DNA of 64,000 nucleotides, taken from NCBI GenBank assembly GCA_964016885.1, contig OZ024745.1, positions 116,374,001 through 116,438,000 of the forward strand. The letters are read 5' to 3'. Position 1 is the stretch's first letter. Each line of letters starts with the position of its first letter. The position numbers were made by a program, and so were the translations under genes. This document shows, piece after piece, positions 1-13,392 of this stretch. Origin of the DNA: Eledone cirrhosa. Lineage: Eukaryota. A model generated the notes under the pieces. The model ran no database searches. It saw only the letters and a program-made list of their open reading frames with translations, and had not been told where the DNA came from.

Positions 1-410
1 CTCTGTCCTTCACCTCGTCCCAGTTTTTGTCCGTCTGGAGGACTGGACCGAACCGAACCCCTACCAATTTAACCGCTCCTTCCGTCCAGCACCCAACGAC
101 GCTGTTGGACGGCCTGGACCTGCCTCTCCAGGTGCCGAGCTGCAGGCCCACCGACTTTTCCTGGCTGATCATGTAACCGCCTCGTATTCTCCTAGTGTAG
201 TGCCGATCGCCTCGATGTGTTTGGCGTTCGACACCACTACGGTGACATCGTCTGCGTATGCTGATACGGATTTTCCTCATCCCAGTTTGTGCAGTAATAG
301 GTCGAGAGTAAATACGTACAACAGGGACGAGAGAGGACATTCTTGGCGGACCGAGCGCATGATGTTGAACGGTTCCGAACGGTGACCGTTCACTCTCACC
401 ACAGAGCAGA
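1..410 (-). mobile_element. L1/Tx1-clade LINE reverse transcriptase fragment
   Basis: Minus-strand translation gives VRVNGHRSEPFNIMRSVRQECPLSSLLY...SVSAYADDVTVVV (QGCPLS-like and YADD motifs), with frameshifts. Confidence 0.85.
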
Positions 411-434
411 TGTTACCCATTATATATTACAATA

Positions 435-532
435 TATAATGGGTAACATGTATACTTCCCAGTGTAATATAATGGGTAGCATGTATACTTCCCAGTGTAA
501 TATAATGGGTAGCATGTATACTTCCCAGTGTA
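435..532. repeat. 33-bp tandem repeat x3
   Basis: tataatgggtagcatgtatacttcccagtgtaa occurs three times. Confidence 0.9.
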
Positions 533-757
533 GATATTGCAATATAATTAAACCGTAACGAATAATTTTAAGAATTTTAAGAGGTAAATACATTTCTGGT
601 GCGGAGTGAGAAATATACTATTTAATTAGTTGATGATAAGTAGTAAAATACGATGAATGATGGATATTAACTAATATATAATTGAAGAAAGTAAGTTATT
701 AGCTATGGCATGAAGACTATATGGAGATACGGATTTTACATATCACATATGATTTAG

Positions 758-905
758 GATATAAAATATATAGTAAGGTATACAGAAACTATATATGAAG
801 TATGATATAAAATATACAGTAATATATGCAGAAATTATATATGAAGTAACATATAAAATATAAAGTAAGATATGCAGAAATTATATATGAAGTATGATAT
901 AAAAA
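758..905. repeat. ~45-bp AT-rich minisatellite
   Basis: Unit like gatataaaatatatagtaagatatgcagaaattatatatgaagtat repeated 3-4 times. Confidence 0.75.
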
Positions 906-944
906 TCAACGTCAAATAAAATATGTAAGTTATAAAATGCATCA

Positions 945-1280
945 CTCAATACAAAGGTCCCCTTCAGTCACAAATAACCATGGTTTACACCTAGAAAGTT
1001 CCCCTCCGAGAACAAATCTGGGAAAGCTTTGTTTGTGGAAGGCCAGCAGTCACCCGAGCATACCAGCATCCGCCTCTCCACGACACCGACGTTTTCCAAG
1101 GGAAAGACAATGGCCAAAACAGCTAGGCACCAGTGACGTTTCAACTCATTTTTAAAGGTGAGTAAACTAGAGCAACATGAAATAACGTGTCTGGCTCAAG
1201 GACACAACGCATCACCCGGTCCGAGAATCGAACTCACAACCTCCCAATTGCAAGCCTAACGCTCTAACCACTAAACCATT
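945..1280 (-). mobile_element. tRNA-derived CORE-like SINE
   Basis: Reverse strand has an A box (tggtttagtgg), a B box (gagttcgattc) and a CORE-like tgtgtccttgagccagacac. Homologous to 56343-56460. Confidence 0.7.
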
Positions 1281-1639
1281 TGAACACCAAACAATAAAGG
1301 TAAAATCATAATACTAGTCATAATATATTCATATTGTATCATATAGATGTCATATAGTATCATAGAGAGGTCTTATAATATTATATAGATGTCATAGAGT
1401 ATCATATGGTATCATATAGATGCATCAAACAATCCAAAGAAACCGTTTAATATATCGTTGGTTCAAAGGACATTTATAGCTATGGATGATCTGGCATATA
1501 TATGTATGTTTCTCTTTCTCATAATTTCGAGTATCTTTGACCGGCCACCGTCTTGGTGGAAAAAGTTGTAAAAGAAAATAAATGTCATCCGTAGTATCAC
1601 AAGAATGTTTTGCAAATTTTGAAGATGCCAACTACCGCA

Positions 1640-1815
1640 GCCATTTGTTTTCTATTAATTAGGGAGCTGTGCTCTTTGTCCTCAAATCCAAGTTCAGTTA
1701 TACTTTGGTATATAACCTGTAGCTCCAATAATGATGGGTATGAAGCTGAAGGTGAATTTTGGATACTGTATCTGAAAACTTCTCATCAATAGTCCGTTGA
1801 TGACCTCCTTCCCCA
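1640..1815 (-). mobile_element. Degraded C-terminus of an RLE-type (R4/Dong-like) LINE
   Basis: FQIQYPKFTFSFIPIIIGATGYIPK resembles the 'IPVVIGALG' tail of R4-type ORFs (compare 37746-38057). Confidence 0.4.
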
Positions 1816-2080
1816 GTATGTATGTATGTATTATATAGGTAGGTAGGTGTATATGTGTGTATGTATGTTTGTGTGAATGTGCGTGTGGTGTATGTATGTA
1901 TGTTTGTGTGTGTGTATGTATATATGTTTGTACGTATGATTGTATACATGTACGTTTGTATGTATATTTGTATGTATGTGTATTTGTATTTGTGTGTGGT
2001 GTATGTATGAATGTATGTATGTATATATGTATGTAAGTATGATTGTTTGTATGTTTGTATTTATGTATGTATGTATATTT
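1816..2080. repeat. (TATG)n/(TG)n microsatellite
   Basis: Seen directly. Confidence 0.9.
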
Positions 2081-3083
2081 ACATACTTCAGGTCTACCAA
2101 ATGTCACTCCCACGTTATTATTGGTCACCAAAATTGATTTACTGAAGGAGAAAATCAAAATCTATGATCCCGAGTCTGTGAAGTACCTTTACTACACGGC
2201 TACATTTACACACATTGTAGTTTTACTTTTTCTAATCGTCATGTCTCATAAGTTTGTATTAGAAACAATTGTTGTTTATTCCATTCACAACTGACATATT
2301 TATTTCATTTTAAACTTTCTTCCACACTTTACTCTACGATTCCATTTAAATTAGATATGTGTTCATAACTAAAACACGATACAATATTAAAGATTGATTT
2401 GTTAAATGACTAATATTAGTTGTTCTCGTTTTTTTGCCAATCGTGAGCGACTGGCTTTTTTTATTATAATTGTTGTATTAATAATATAAAGATTGCAATA
2501 CGAACATATTCTTCTGAAAAAATATCATGAACAGATATCAACAAATACTTGTTAGTCTAATAGCAAAACAATGTTTAACATATAGGAATATGTTTGATTC
2601 TTTTTACTACCCAATTCTATAATTTCAATAATTTTTATTTATTTAGTATCTTCTATTCTCAACTTATTAACCTATTCTATAGCATTGGCCGAAACCGCAA
2701 CTCCAACTAAATATAATAGCTCTTTTAGACACTACAGTTTTTAGTACGTCATACTATCCAATTTTATATTTTTATATATTTTTCTCTTATTTATTTATTA
2801 TCTCCTATCTCAATTGATTTACCTATTCTATAACGTCCCTTCTCTACTTTCTCCAGAATCCTTTTTCGCCTACTTCCTCTGGCCTAGTTTCATACACACC
2901 CCTTAGAATTTGCTGTATAGAATTCACTTTCAACGCTTGACCGGCTCCACCCACTTGCTCATTGTTCTACAGGTACGTTCAGTCACCCCTACTTCCCACC
3001 CACTGCCACGATAGACTTAATTGTGTTTACAAGAAATTTTGACCAATCCTCTTGACAACTACAATCTTCCCATATAAGGAATT

Positions 3084-3179
3084 ACCCCCTGAAAAGTTCG
3101 GCTATTTATTTACCAGGGTAAAAATTATAATTTAGTCTAGAAATAGCCGTAGAAACGGCTTGAGCTCTGCCGTCGGGGT
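3084..3179 (+). ncRNA. Degenerate type I hammerhead ribozyme
   Basis: acccc-CTGAAAA-g(ttcggctattt...aaatagccgta)-GAAA-cggc ttgagctct gcc-GTC-ggggt. Stems I, II and III and a GUC triplet are present; G8 is A. Confidence 0.6.
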
Positions 3180-3269
3180 CATACATTTTACTATTACCCT
3201 CTCTGCTACCCTAAGTATGAATACTCTGGTGCATTATGGTCCATCTGGTTCCTTACCACAACTCCTTCG

Positions 3270-4065
3270 TTATATATCGAAGCGATTCCTCGAAGTGCTG
3301 GAGACGAACGGGTACCCTACCCCGCTCACAAACAGAGTAAGAGACACCAGACACAAGAGACAGAGAAACACCCAAGGCAAGTGCTTCCTTAAAATACCAC
3401 ACCTGGGCGAGAATACCACCAACGCTATCCGCAAGGCTATACGGAGGGAGGGCCTCGACATCCACCTGGCCCACTCGGGCCCCTCCCTGCGAAGATGCCT
3501 CTCCAGGAAACCCGGGAAATCAAATGACGGGTGCTCCCTCAGAGACTGCCCGATGCGCCATACGAACTGTTGCCTACGCACATACGTCGTGTATAAGATA
3601 GAATGTAACAAGTGCAACCAATACTATATATGTAGCACAATCAGGCCGCTGCACATCCGGATCAAGGAGCACACTAGCACCAGGGCCTCGTCTTTCTGGA
3701 AACACATAGCTAAATGCGGAAACAAAGACGGAAGGCCCATTGTCACAATTCTAGCGACAGAAAGAAACGTCGGCACATTACGATTAAATGAAGCACTTTG
3801 GATCAAACGCCTAGGGCGACAAATAAACAACCGATCCGAGAGAAGCGAAATGAGGTGGTTGGTTTAAGTAAACAAACGATGCAGCAACACACGCACACAC
3901 GCACACACACAAGCGAGACAGCAACACACACAAGCGAGACAGCAACACACGCACAAACACACACACACAGTAGCATTCCACCATACGAACATACTACACT
4001 GACAATACAGACGAACGAGGCAACAACACACACACACACACACACACACTCAAGCGAGACAACAA

Positions 4066-4105
<40 letters not shown>

Positions 4106-4585
4106 CATTCACCAAACAGGCAGAGAATACTATGGACTGACAGCTAACGCCACCCCACTCCCACAATTGAAAGAACTATTTCGGCCGCCGACCTCTGCTT
4201 GACCGACCCAATTTCACGCGCACACGCGCTCTGCTGAATACCTCAGATATTCAAAACAACGAACAGCGGAGGACACGTGTCGCACCTTTCCGCCAGACCC
4301 CCCCCCCCGGAAAAACTCCCCGGTTGATGGATGTGAATCCGAAATATAAGGGACAATTAAATCTCTCCCAAGGTAACTCTATCTCGTGTTATTATTTTTA
4401 TCCTTTACGGTCTTTCCGACATTCTTCTACACGCTACACATCTCAACGTACACTCACTTACATCTCTCTCTCCACCACCGGATCTTGTTACCCGGAGATT
4501 TACCCATCTGCATTGTCGAGGCTTCCAAAACGACTTAAAGAAATATATCTTATTATTCCACAATGCTTCAAGCAAACTTCAATAC
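3270..4585 (+). mobile_element. Penelope-like element, 3' part (GIY-YIG endonuclease plus 3' terminal region)
   Basis: ORF 3160-3867 contains VVYKIECNKCNQYYICSTIRPLHIRIKEH...LRLNEALWIK...INNR, followed by a CA-rich non-coding tail. Confidence 0.85.
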
Positions 4586-4661
4586 TCTCTTATATATATA
4601 TATATATATGTGTGGGGGGTTAACATGTACAATATTAGTGAGAGTGATAATAGGGAGAGTA

Positions 4662-4699
<38 letters not shown>

Positions 4700-4705
4700 A
4701 CACAT

Positions 4706-4784
<79 letters not shown>

Positions 4785-5579
4785 TATATAGATACATATA
4801 TATATGAGGATACAAAAATCTATATATGATATGTATCTATATGTGTGCATGTCTGATTCGATGAATATACATATGTATGTGTAAGTACATTTCGGAGACA
4901 GTAAATTGATTTAAAACCGTTATTACAACTATATAATACATAAATATAACACGACAGTGGCCATACATTACAGAAAACAAGTTCATAAAAGAATAATAAA
5001 TGTTACTTCGCACGTATTTATGAGTATTTTCTTGGTAATATGTATACTATGAATTCATCCATATGATGAAATCAATGCGATAATATATTTTAAATATCTA
5101 CATTTATTCACGAGATGAGATACGAAAGTTTAACATAAATTTGTGAATATAGAATGCATAGAATATGAATCGTTCATGAAATATTTTCAAAATCAGCTCT
5201 AAAATGTTAAATATCAATATTGTAAACAAGAAATACGAATAAATAACGGAAATAAATTCACATCGGTTATATCACATTTGATAGAGAACGACATTATATA
5301 TGCAGAAATCATATTTAAAAGGTGTTATTAGATGAAACTATGTCTTCAAGTGAATTTTATGTAAAAGCCTTATAGTTATATCGTCATATATACCATAATA
5401 CAGTGCAATACACAAATATAACAACAATACAAAGACACAAGTTAAAAATGTGATGAGGGTCTTAATCAATTGTTACGTGGTATATGTTAAATCTCCTTTT
5501 CGAAAACGAGGTGACAGTAGAATCTATGTTTGCCTTGCCATAACATTGATACATATGCCAAAACATTGTGCATACACAC

Positions 5580-5732
5580 TGAGGTGTTCAGTAGCTCCTC
5601 AAACATCAAAGTCTGTTGGGAAGTTAGTGGCACAGAAAGGTCAGTCATAGTAAAGTCACCTAGCATGTCCTTCAGCGCATGCTCTGTAATCCGACCCAAT
5701 GAAAAGTGTTCCAGGTAGAACAGAAACTCCAG
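5580..5732 (-). CDS. Candidate internal coding exon of an unidentified host gene (LEFLFYLEHFSLGRITEHALKDMLGDFTMTDLSVPLTSQQTLMFEELLNTS)
   Basis: ttttAG acceptor, 153 nt open phase 0/0, GTGTGT donor, GC higher than flanks, no recognisable TE motif. Confidence 0.5.
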
Positions 5733-5971
5733 CTAAAATCTAGATGTCAGATACCTCACCATAGCAGCAAGTATTGTACGTGTCGATGTGTGATGTGCTC
5801 ATTCGTATTCTATTTCCTATTAAAATAAGTCTAGAAATAGCAGTGTGGACAAGTTGCTTCCGGTATATTCAGATGAGGAACTACTAAGCCTCGTCGAAGG
5901 AACTGAGCAATGTAGTCTGAAATATGAGACATCAGTCAACTTCTTAGAACTAAACCTATTCCATTAATGTT

Positions 5972-6144
5972 GGCAGTATCGGTAGAGGGTCGGAAGCCAT
6001 GCTTTCCAGCATAGTTACGTCCCTTTACGATCTGAGTTCAAATCCCGCCGAGGTTGACTTTGCCTTTCATCCTTACGGGGTCGATAAAATAAAGTACCAG
6101 TATTGCACTGGGTAATTGCTGGCATTGTGCCTAAAGTAGAAACA
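5972..6144 (+). mobile_element. Abundant ~185-bp SINE (family A)
   Basis: B box gagttcaaatcc; 3' end aaagtagaaaca+ATT; TSD attaatgtt. Confidence 0.9.
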
Positions 6145-6333
6145 ATTAATGTTACACAATGATTAAGTGAAGTTGTTGAGCTCGGTAACGAATTAAGTGT
6201 AGTGTTCGAGATATAAAATACTAGACCGCCGATGACCTTTGTGTCACTTAAAAATGTCCACTTAAAAATAGTTTTTAAATAATTAAAATACACATACATA
6301 ATTTTAAATGAAATTGGAAGTCCTATATATATA

Positions 6334-6407
<74 letters not shown>

Positions 6408-8225
6408 AGTGAGGTGACACACGAGTTGATATATATAAAAAATAGAAAAAAGAAAAAAAGAACACTAGAAAATTCTAAATGGACTTTCTCTAAGAATAAC
6501 ATCAAAACAGTTATTTACAAAATAGAAATTTCCGCATTAATTGTACTGGTTTCGGCTTGTACGCTTTGTCAACGAAAGAAGTATGTAATGCAATTAAATT
6601 GCATATTAATAAGAATAATAAGAATATGGGGAACAAATTTACGTGAAACTTGTTTTATTCCATTTCAGGCGCAACTTCCTTTCAAAGTATTTTCCCATTA
6701 TTTGGCGTTTTGGCTGTATTAAATTACAGACAGGTACACAATCACAGAACTTTAGTAGTATATAGATAGATAATCGTAACTATTTATACACAACTCAGTG
6801 TATATTACAAACTTTAAATTATATATGATTTAGGTACAAATATATTGTGTAAGAACAACGTTTAATGTAAAAGGTTGTGACTTCCATTCAGTTATTCTCG
6901 ATGTACACCGAAAAATTACAAGAAATTGTCTTTACATGATTCATGTATAATTGGATGACGATTAAAAAAGAACACTTATTTTCTGCACGAGAAGATTTTA
7001 GAGTCAACCATTAGTTATATCAGGTACGAAGTAGAATGTAGCTGAAATAGCTAGTATAATTTGCATAAGGTGTATTAATTTTCGGTGCAATTAAATAATT
7101 TAATGCATATTTCGATATATTATTTCAATTCAATTTACTTATAAGTACACATTATAAGTCACACCGTGAAAATGTAAACCAATGTAAACACCCACCTATA
7201 TATATGATTATTTTCTTCTCAAGCACAAACACATTTGAGAGAGTCTTTACATTCAATTATTATCTAGTTTGCACGCATGTATAATCCTGTAACTTCTGAG
7301 AGTGTCGTAGATGTGCTATGTAAATATATAACGTTTGGGGGGATTTTAAACTTGCCGGAGACTATTCCTTTCTAGGTTTGAATACACCAATTTCTATCAG
7401 AGAAGGATAGATAGTGAGATAATAGAAGTGGGAAAGATATATAACAATCACTGCCAGAGAGTAACGATTACTGTTGTTGTTGTAAAGAATACTAACAGAA
7501 AAAAAGCGAGATGGTTTTCGGAAGGAGGTGTGTTGATGAGACAATAGATAATTTAATATAGTTGTTATCTTCCAAGTGTCTGCACTTTTCATAATTACGT
7601 TTTACCATCTATAGTTGCAAACAAGAGATTAGTCAGATATTTTATTCTGGAAGTAAAAACATTGACCAGATTATAGCTTACTACACGTCAAACATTAACA
7701 TTGTATTTGATAATTACATAAATATACAGAGTCTGGCTAACTTACACAGACGCATACATATACAGTACTATTTTCTGAATTGTAAAAGTACACATCAAAA
7801 TGTTCCACAAGAAATACTGCGGCTTAACTGGAGATAAAGATAAATTTAACGCGGATTATATGAGGCATGTTATGTGCAAGACAAAGAGACGGATCATATT
7901 AGAAAAAGAAATACAGAGTTAGTGATGGTAAAACTTATTGGAGGAGAAAGGAAAAATACAAAATCAAAGCAGATGTAGCAGGTGACGATTGATATATACT
8001 GTACAATAATAATATAACTTAATAGGAAGAGCAAGTTAGTGACTAAAGAAATAAGGAAAACTTATCACGTGATACAGCGGTGAAGAAGCCGCACAAAAAT
8101 ACTGCATCTCTATGATGTAATGTTTTTGCAAAGTAGCCACGAAACTGCGCAGTCGAGAATGTTGAGGAATATTGGTTATTTATATTTTTTATTTATGTCT
8201 AATGACTCTTCTTTCTTTATAATGC

Positions 8226-8265
<40 letters not shown>

Positions 8266-8789
8266 CAGTAAATAGTGAATGGTAACAGCAAGATAATTGA
8301 TTGGGAGTGGAGTTGGGAGATGTTGGGGTGTTTACGGAGTGTTTTAGAAAGGGGTTGTAAAGGTGCCCTCCTGCTGGTTGCATCTCAATAAATGACCTTT
8401 GATGAATATAATGGCATGATGTTTTTCAAAGTCTTTTCTTATAGCTGAATCAACTATCTTAAATTTATAGAGAATAACCTCAACAATGTTTTAAATTAAA
8501 GATGAACTTGGGTATGCGCCTGGTGGTGGTGGTGTTGGTGGGGTTAATGAGGTGTAAGATACATCTCCTTTTCACGCATTTTTTAATGGTTATTTTGCTT
8601 TTCACGAGAATGACGTCAATTGCCAACATTGTATTTCACCAAATCGATTTTTTTTAATGAGATGTTTTAAAATAGAACAACAAAAAACTAAACAAAGATT
8701 ACCAGGTATCTTACTTTTCGTTACCTCATCTTACAGTCCATTTTGCATTATTTTGCCTTCTATCTCTTTCAACTTTATATATATATATA

Positions 8790-8990
8790 TAACCTGATTG
8801 TATTTTCGTTGCTTTGGTGTATTATGTGCCTAGGACTTCTGGCGGCAGTTTTCAATTTGCCACGCTATCTAACGTATGTTAATTACTCTAAGGTACAGCC
8901 TATCGGTTCATCGATACATCCTTATCGAGTGCTTTGTATCTCGTTAGCTTGGCCACCGCCATAACTTCGATTTTACTAACATTCCATTTG
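8790..8990 (-). repeat. Dispersed repeat embedded between TA tracts
   Basis: aaatggaatgttagtaaaatcgaa...gcggtggccaagctaacga is shared with 13212-13262 and 60361-60440. Confidence 0.55.
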
Positions 8991-9171
8991 TATATATATA
9001 TAGATATATATATATATATGTGTGTGACTGTATGTGTGTGTGTGAGTGTATGTGTGTGTGTGGGGGGGGGGGGGGGAAACACAAATTTAAATTTTGAAGA
9101 CCAACACACTGCGTTATGCAGATTGTTAAAATTGCCAAGATAACAAAAGAATCTTACCTTAGCAAATATAA

Positions 9172-9360
9172 CTGTTTCTACTTTTGGCACAAGGCTAGCA
9201 ATTACCCAGTACATTACTGGTACTTTATTTTATCGACCCCGTAAGGATGAAAGGCAAAGTTAACCTCGGCACGATTTGAATTCAGAATGTCAAGAGGCGT
9301 AACTCTATGCGTCAAAGCATAGTGTACGACCCTCTACCGATACTGCCAATCCACCGATCC
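9172..9360 (-). mobile_element. SINE family A
   Basis: Full copy with 16-bp TSD accttagcaaatataa (9156-9171 / 9361-9376). Confidence 0.9.
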
Positions 9361-9626
9361 ACCTTAGCAAATATAATTATCCCAAATGGGTTTAAAAATC
9401 CATTATCAAGGGAATAACCCTATGAAATACTTAAAAATCGATCAGATAGACTTGTTTGTATGGGAGCAGATTTAAGTAAAACGAAATGAAAAGATGTTAA
9501 AATGTCGAACGTATGCGTTGTGTAATGTATGATATATGTATGTTATATTCATGTGCGTGCGTGAATGTTTGTATGCGTGTGCATGAAGTTTATGTAGTGA
9601 AACATGTGTGGGAATATGTATATAAT

Positions 9627-9780
9627 TATTTCTACTTTTGGCATAAGGCCATGAATTATCCCAATGGTACTTTATTGCATCGACACCGTAAGGTTGAAAG
9701 GCAAAGTTAACCTCGGCAGGATTTGAACTCCGACCATAAAGGACCGTAATTCTTTGCTGCAAAGCATAGCATCCGACTCT
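9627..9780 (-). mobile_element. SINE family A
   Basis: Homologous to the other copies. Confidence 0.85.
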
Positions 9781-9869
9781 AATAAAACTGGAAAAATATG
9801 TGTGATATATGTATGTGTGTGTGTGTGTGAGTCTAAGTGTGTTTGCCTAGTGAGGACATTGATTTAATT

Positions 9870-10930
9870 TGAAAGAAAGAATGAAACTGGCCGTTATGAT
9901 GTTGAAATCCAGAATTAGACATTCTGGTGCATTTCTGTCCATTCGATTATTGATCTTAAGTTTTAAATGCTTGATTAAGGGGGCTTCCTTAATTCTCAGC
10001 GTTTCTATACTGCGTTCGATAGCTAAGATTGTGGTGGTAATGTTGGCCTGGTTCCTACATTTGATGATGTGCTTGCGAAAGATAGAGGAATTGTTGTTAA
10101 CATGCTCTTTAATACGGAGATGTAACGATCGAATAGTATTGCCTATGTAAAATAGATTACACTTGTTACATTCTAGCCTGTATACTACGTAGGTACGTAG
10201 GCAACAATTAGTGTTGCGGATCGTGCAATTGGCTAGGTTGCATCCGTTATCCTTGCTGGGGGGGGGGGGGGTCCTTGTGAAGAGGCACCTTCAAAGGGAA
10301 TGTCCAGAGTGAGCTAGTTTGGTATTGAGGCCCACTGTTTTGATGGCTTTGCGTATGGCGTTGGTAGTTTCGTCGCTGAGATGTGGAATCTTGAAGAAGC
10401 AACTGTTGTTTGTGTTGGTCCCGTCTCTGGTTCTGGCGTTTCGTTGTGGGGTGGAGAAGGAAGTTGGGTAGCTGTTAATCTCTAGTACCTTGTAGAGTCG
10501 TCTGATACTGGTGGCTCTATTAGCAGCGTCGCTGCATCGGTTGCGTATGCGAGACACTTCGCTTCGTTGAAGATGTACCCTCTTTTAGAGGTTATCGGGA
10601 GGGCAGATTTGTAATGAACAAAATGTCCCTGCTGGCAGCTTTGCAGTAGAAATCGGTGTGAATTTCACCGCTATCAGAGTTGTTCAGTCTGAAATCAAGT
10701 AAAGGGAGGGACCCGGAGTTGGTAGGGTGTTCGATGGTAAACTTGATGTTATTGTCAACATTGTTGAAAGATTCGAAAATCTTGCTGGTATTCTCTTTGT
10801 TGGATATGAGGATGAGTATATGATCCACATATCTAGTGAAGAAAGAGCAGTTGTCGCAGAAGCTGAGTACTCGGCGTTCAAGACTGTTCATATATGGAAT
10901 GACCAGTAAACCCGAGAGGCTGGATCCCAT
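9870..10930 (-). mobile_element. Penelope-like element (RT C-half plus GIY-YIG), frameshifted
   Basis: MGSSLSG...RYVDH...LPLLDF (RT) and CCLRTYVVYRLECNKCNLFYIGNTIRSLHLRIKEH (endonuclease). Same family as 3270-3867. Confidence 0.9.
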
Positions 10931-11201
10931 GGGTAGTCCAGAGGCTCACTCCTTAATCTTACGATCGAAAATTTAACGATCTCAAATATTTTCAGGTTTA
11001 AAAAAACCCGATAATATTTGGGATCGCTAAATTTGCGAAGGTATGATTCTTTTGTTATCTTGATAATTTTAACAATCTTCATAACGCAGTGTGTTGGTCT
11101 TCAACATTTACTTTACTGTTTCCTCTTAAACAGAGCTTCAAGCAAACTACAAAACTCTGTTGTGTGTGTATATATATATATATATATATGTAGGAGGTGA
11201 G

Positions 11202-11303
11202 TTTTATTGTAGTACAATATGTTGATTTAAAACTGCACTATCAACAAGTGTTTTATTGTAGTACAATATGTTGATTTAAAACTGCACTATCAACAAGTGT
11301 TTT
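11202..11303. repeat. ~50-bp direct tandem duplication
   Basis: ttttattgtagtacaatatgttgatttaaaactgcactatcaacaagtg x2. Confidence 0.9.
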
Positions 11304-11330
11304 TTTTAGCCTTCATATCATGTTCTCCTG

Positions 11331-11397
11331 TTTTATCTGATGAAAACACAAATATTATTGTTTGATGATGTTTGTTTTTGAAATGCGCATAATAAAA
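11331..11397 (+). ncRNA. Minimal type I hammerhead ribozyme
   Basis: ttttat-CTGATGA-[15-bp stem II, 14/15 paired]-GAAA-tgcgc-ATA-ataaaa; palindromic stem III ATGCGCAT. Confidence 0.75.
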
Positions 11398-11501
11398 TAT
11401 ATTGAACTCCTTTAACCATCTTTTGATCTTATATTATATATATATATATATATATATTTACATAACAGAGTTTTGTATATATATATATATATTGAAGTTA
11501 T

Positions 11502-11539
<38 letters not shown>

Positions 11540-11631
11540 AAGAAAGTTGGTTGATTAAAAATCTGCCGACATATTCTTTAGACAGACTTGAAACACTCCA
11601 TGGTTTTTGTTCAACCGGGGTTTTATTAAAA

Positions 11632-13080
11632 TAAATAAGAGAGACGGTTTTATTCGTAAATCCCTATTTTATACGTTGTACGTATTTTGAAGACGAAAGG
11701 TAGTTATATAATTACTGCTTTATACGTTCTGTTCAGACAAGTATACAAACGAGATGTAAAATTCCATTGATATGTTGCAGGTCGCACGTGTTATTCACCT
11801 CGCTGACCAATACACATATGGCCAAATATCTCTAGTAGCAGCCCTTTTATGTGCGGGAAATAGTTGTTGTTGTTGCCATTGGTGATTGTAAACTAAATAG
11901 GGTATCAGGTTACCAGATTTGTCACCTGATTCGTAGCAACCGTCCTAGGAACGTTAAAAATGCTATAATCAAAAGTGTAGAACAGAGAATCTCTAGGTTA
12001 TAAGCTAATAGGGAAATGTTCGCTGGCAAGGCTAGATACTATAATAATGCATTAGCTAGAGCCGGTTACCAGGAGAAAATTGAGTACATGCACGTAGATA
12101 GAAACAATTACACACCCACACATAGACACAAACTAACCAAAGGCATGAACATAGGACTCTGTAATGGAAACTGTAGGGGTACTCAAATCCAAAATAATAG
12201 AGACAGCATAATCCCGGCTCCAAATAAATATAATTCCACTACCACCAAGAAGTTAAAAAAGAGAGTGAGAACCCGTTCCGTTCTGTGGTACAACCCAACC
12301 CCCTCTTTAGGACTACAAGAATCTTTTAACACATTAGATAAATGTTTTCCTAGATCACACAAATACAGTCACATATTTAATCGACACACGATTAAACTGT
12401 CTTACTCGACAACCAAAAAATAGCTTAGAATATAGCGAAAATTAAGTATGGAAATGTGGGAATTAAACATAAAGAGAAAACACATAATAGCAAGCATAAA
12501 AACACTGATAGAATAAGCAGCAACTCGAATAACAGAGATAACACCATTAACATAGATGAGACAAACCAACAGATACAGAGACACAGGGAAGGAACAATGC
12601 ACGGTAACGGGAATAATTGCAATTGTAGAGATCATTACGGTTGCCCAGTGTAAATAATTGTCTAGAGAAGAATATTGTTTACGAATGTAGAGTAACAAGG
12701 AGAAGTTAAATTAAAATAAATATCTAAGTGAATAAAATCTAGTCCGAAAATATATAAGAAAAATAAAAAATATAGATTAACAGTTCCTCCGTGTCATCCA
12801 ACGAACCAAGCGACAAATCCGGTAACCTGATACCCTAGTCAGTTTACAGTCACCAATGGCAACAACAACAAATATCTAGAGATATTTGGCCGTATGTGTA
12901 TTGGTCAGCGAGGTGAGTAACACGTGCGACCTGTAACATATCAATGGAATTTTACATCTCGTTTGTATACTTGCCTGAAGAGAACGTATAAGGCGGTAAT
13001 TATATAACTACCTTACGTCTTCAAAATACGTATAACGTATAAAATAGGGATTTACGAATAAAACTAACTTTCTTATTTAT
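11632..13080 (+). mobile_element. 5'-truncated Penelope-like element flanked by ~290-bp inverted terminal repeats
   Basis: 11935-12700 encodes YYNNALARAGY...WYNPTPS...FNRHTIKLSYS...CNCRDHYGCPV. 11632-11934 is the reverse complement of 12801-13080. Confidence 0.85.
12966..13041 (+). ncRNA. Degenerate hammerhead-like motif in PLE terminal repeat
   Basis: tatac..CTGAAGA-gaacg...cgtcttc-AAAA(G12A)-tacgt-ATA..gtata. Confidence 0.4.
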
Positions 13081-13122
13081 TGTTATATATATATATATAT
13101 TAAAATTAAAATTAGAATTTTA

Positions 13123-13258
13123 TTTCTCGCTTTAACACAGCTGATACATGAATGTAATTATGCATACATACATACACGCATACACCTATATATATATATA
13201 TATATATATATAATTGGAAATCAGTAAAATCGAATCTCTGGCGGTTTGCAAGTGAATT

Positions 13259-13343
<85 letters not shown>

Positions 13344-13392
13344 TGTATGCGTTTGTGTACATTTATGTATCAGCTGTGCTAGGGCGAAAAAT
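13123..13392. repeat. Inverted repeat flanking TA tracts
   Basis: cacagctgataca..aatgta..acgcatacacct / aggtgtatgcgt..tacatt..tgtatcagctgtg. Confidence 0.7.

Noticed and set aside
4288-4355. HHR-like ccc-CGGAAAA...GAAA-tata..ggga in the PLE tail
   Set aside because: The position is suggestive, but the core and NUH are too degenerate to call.
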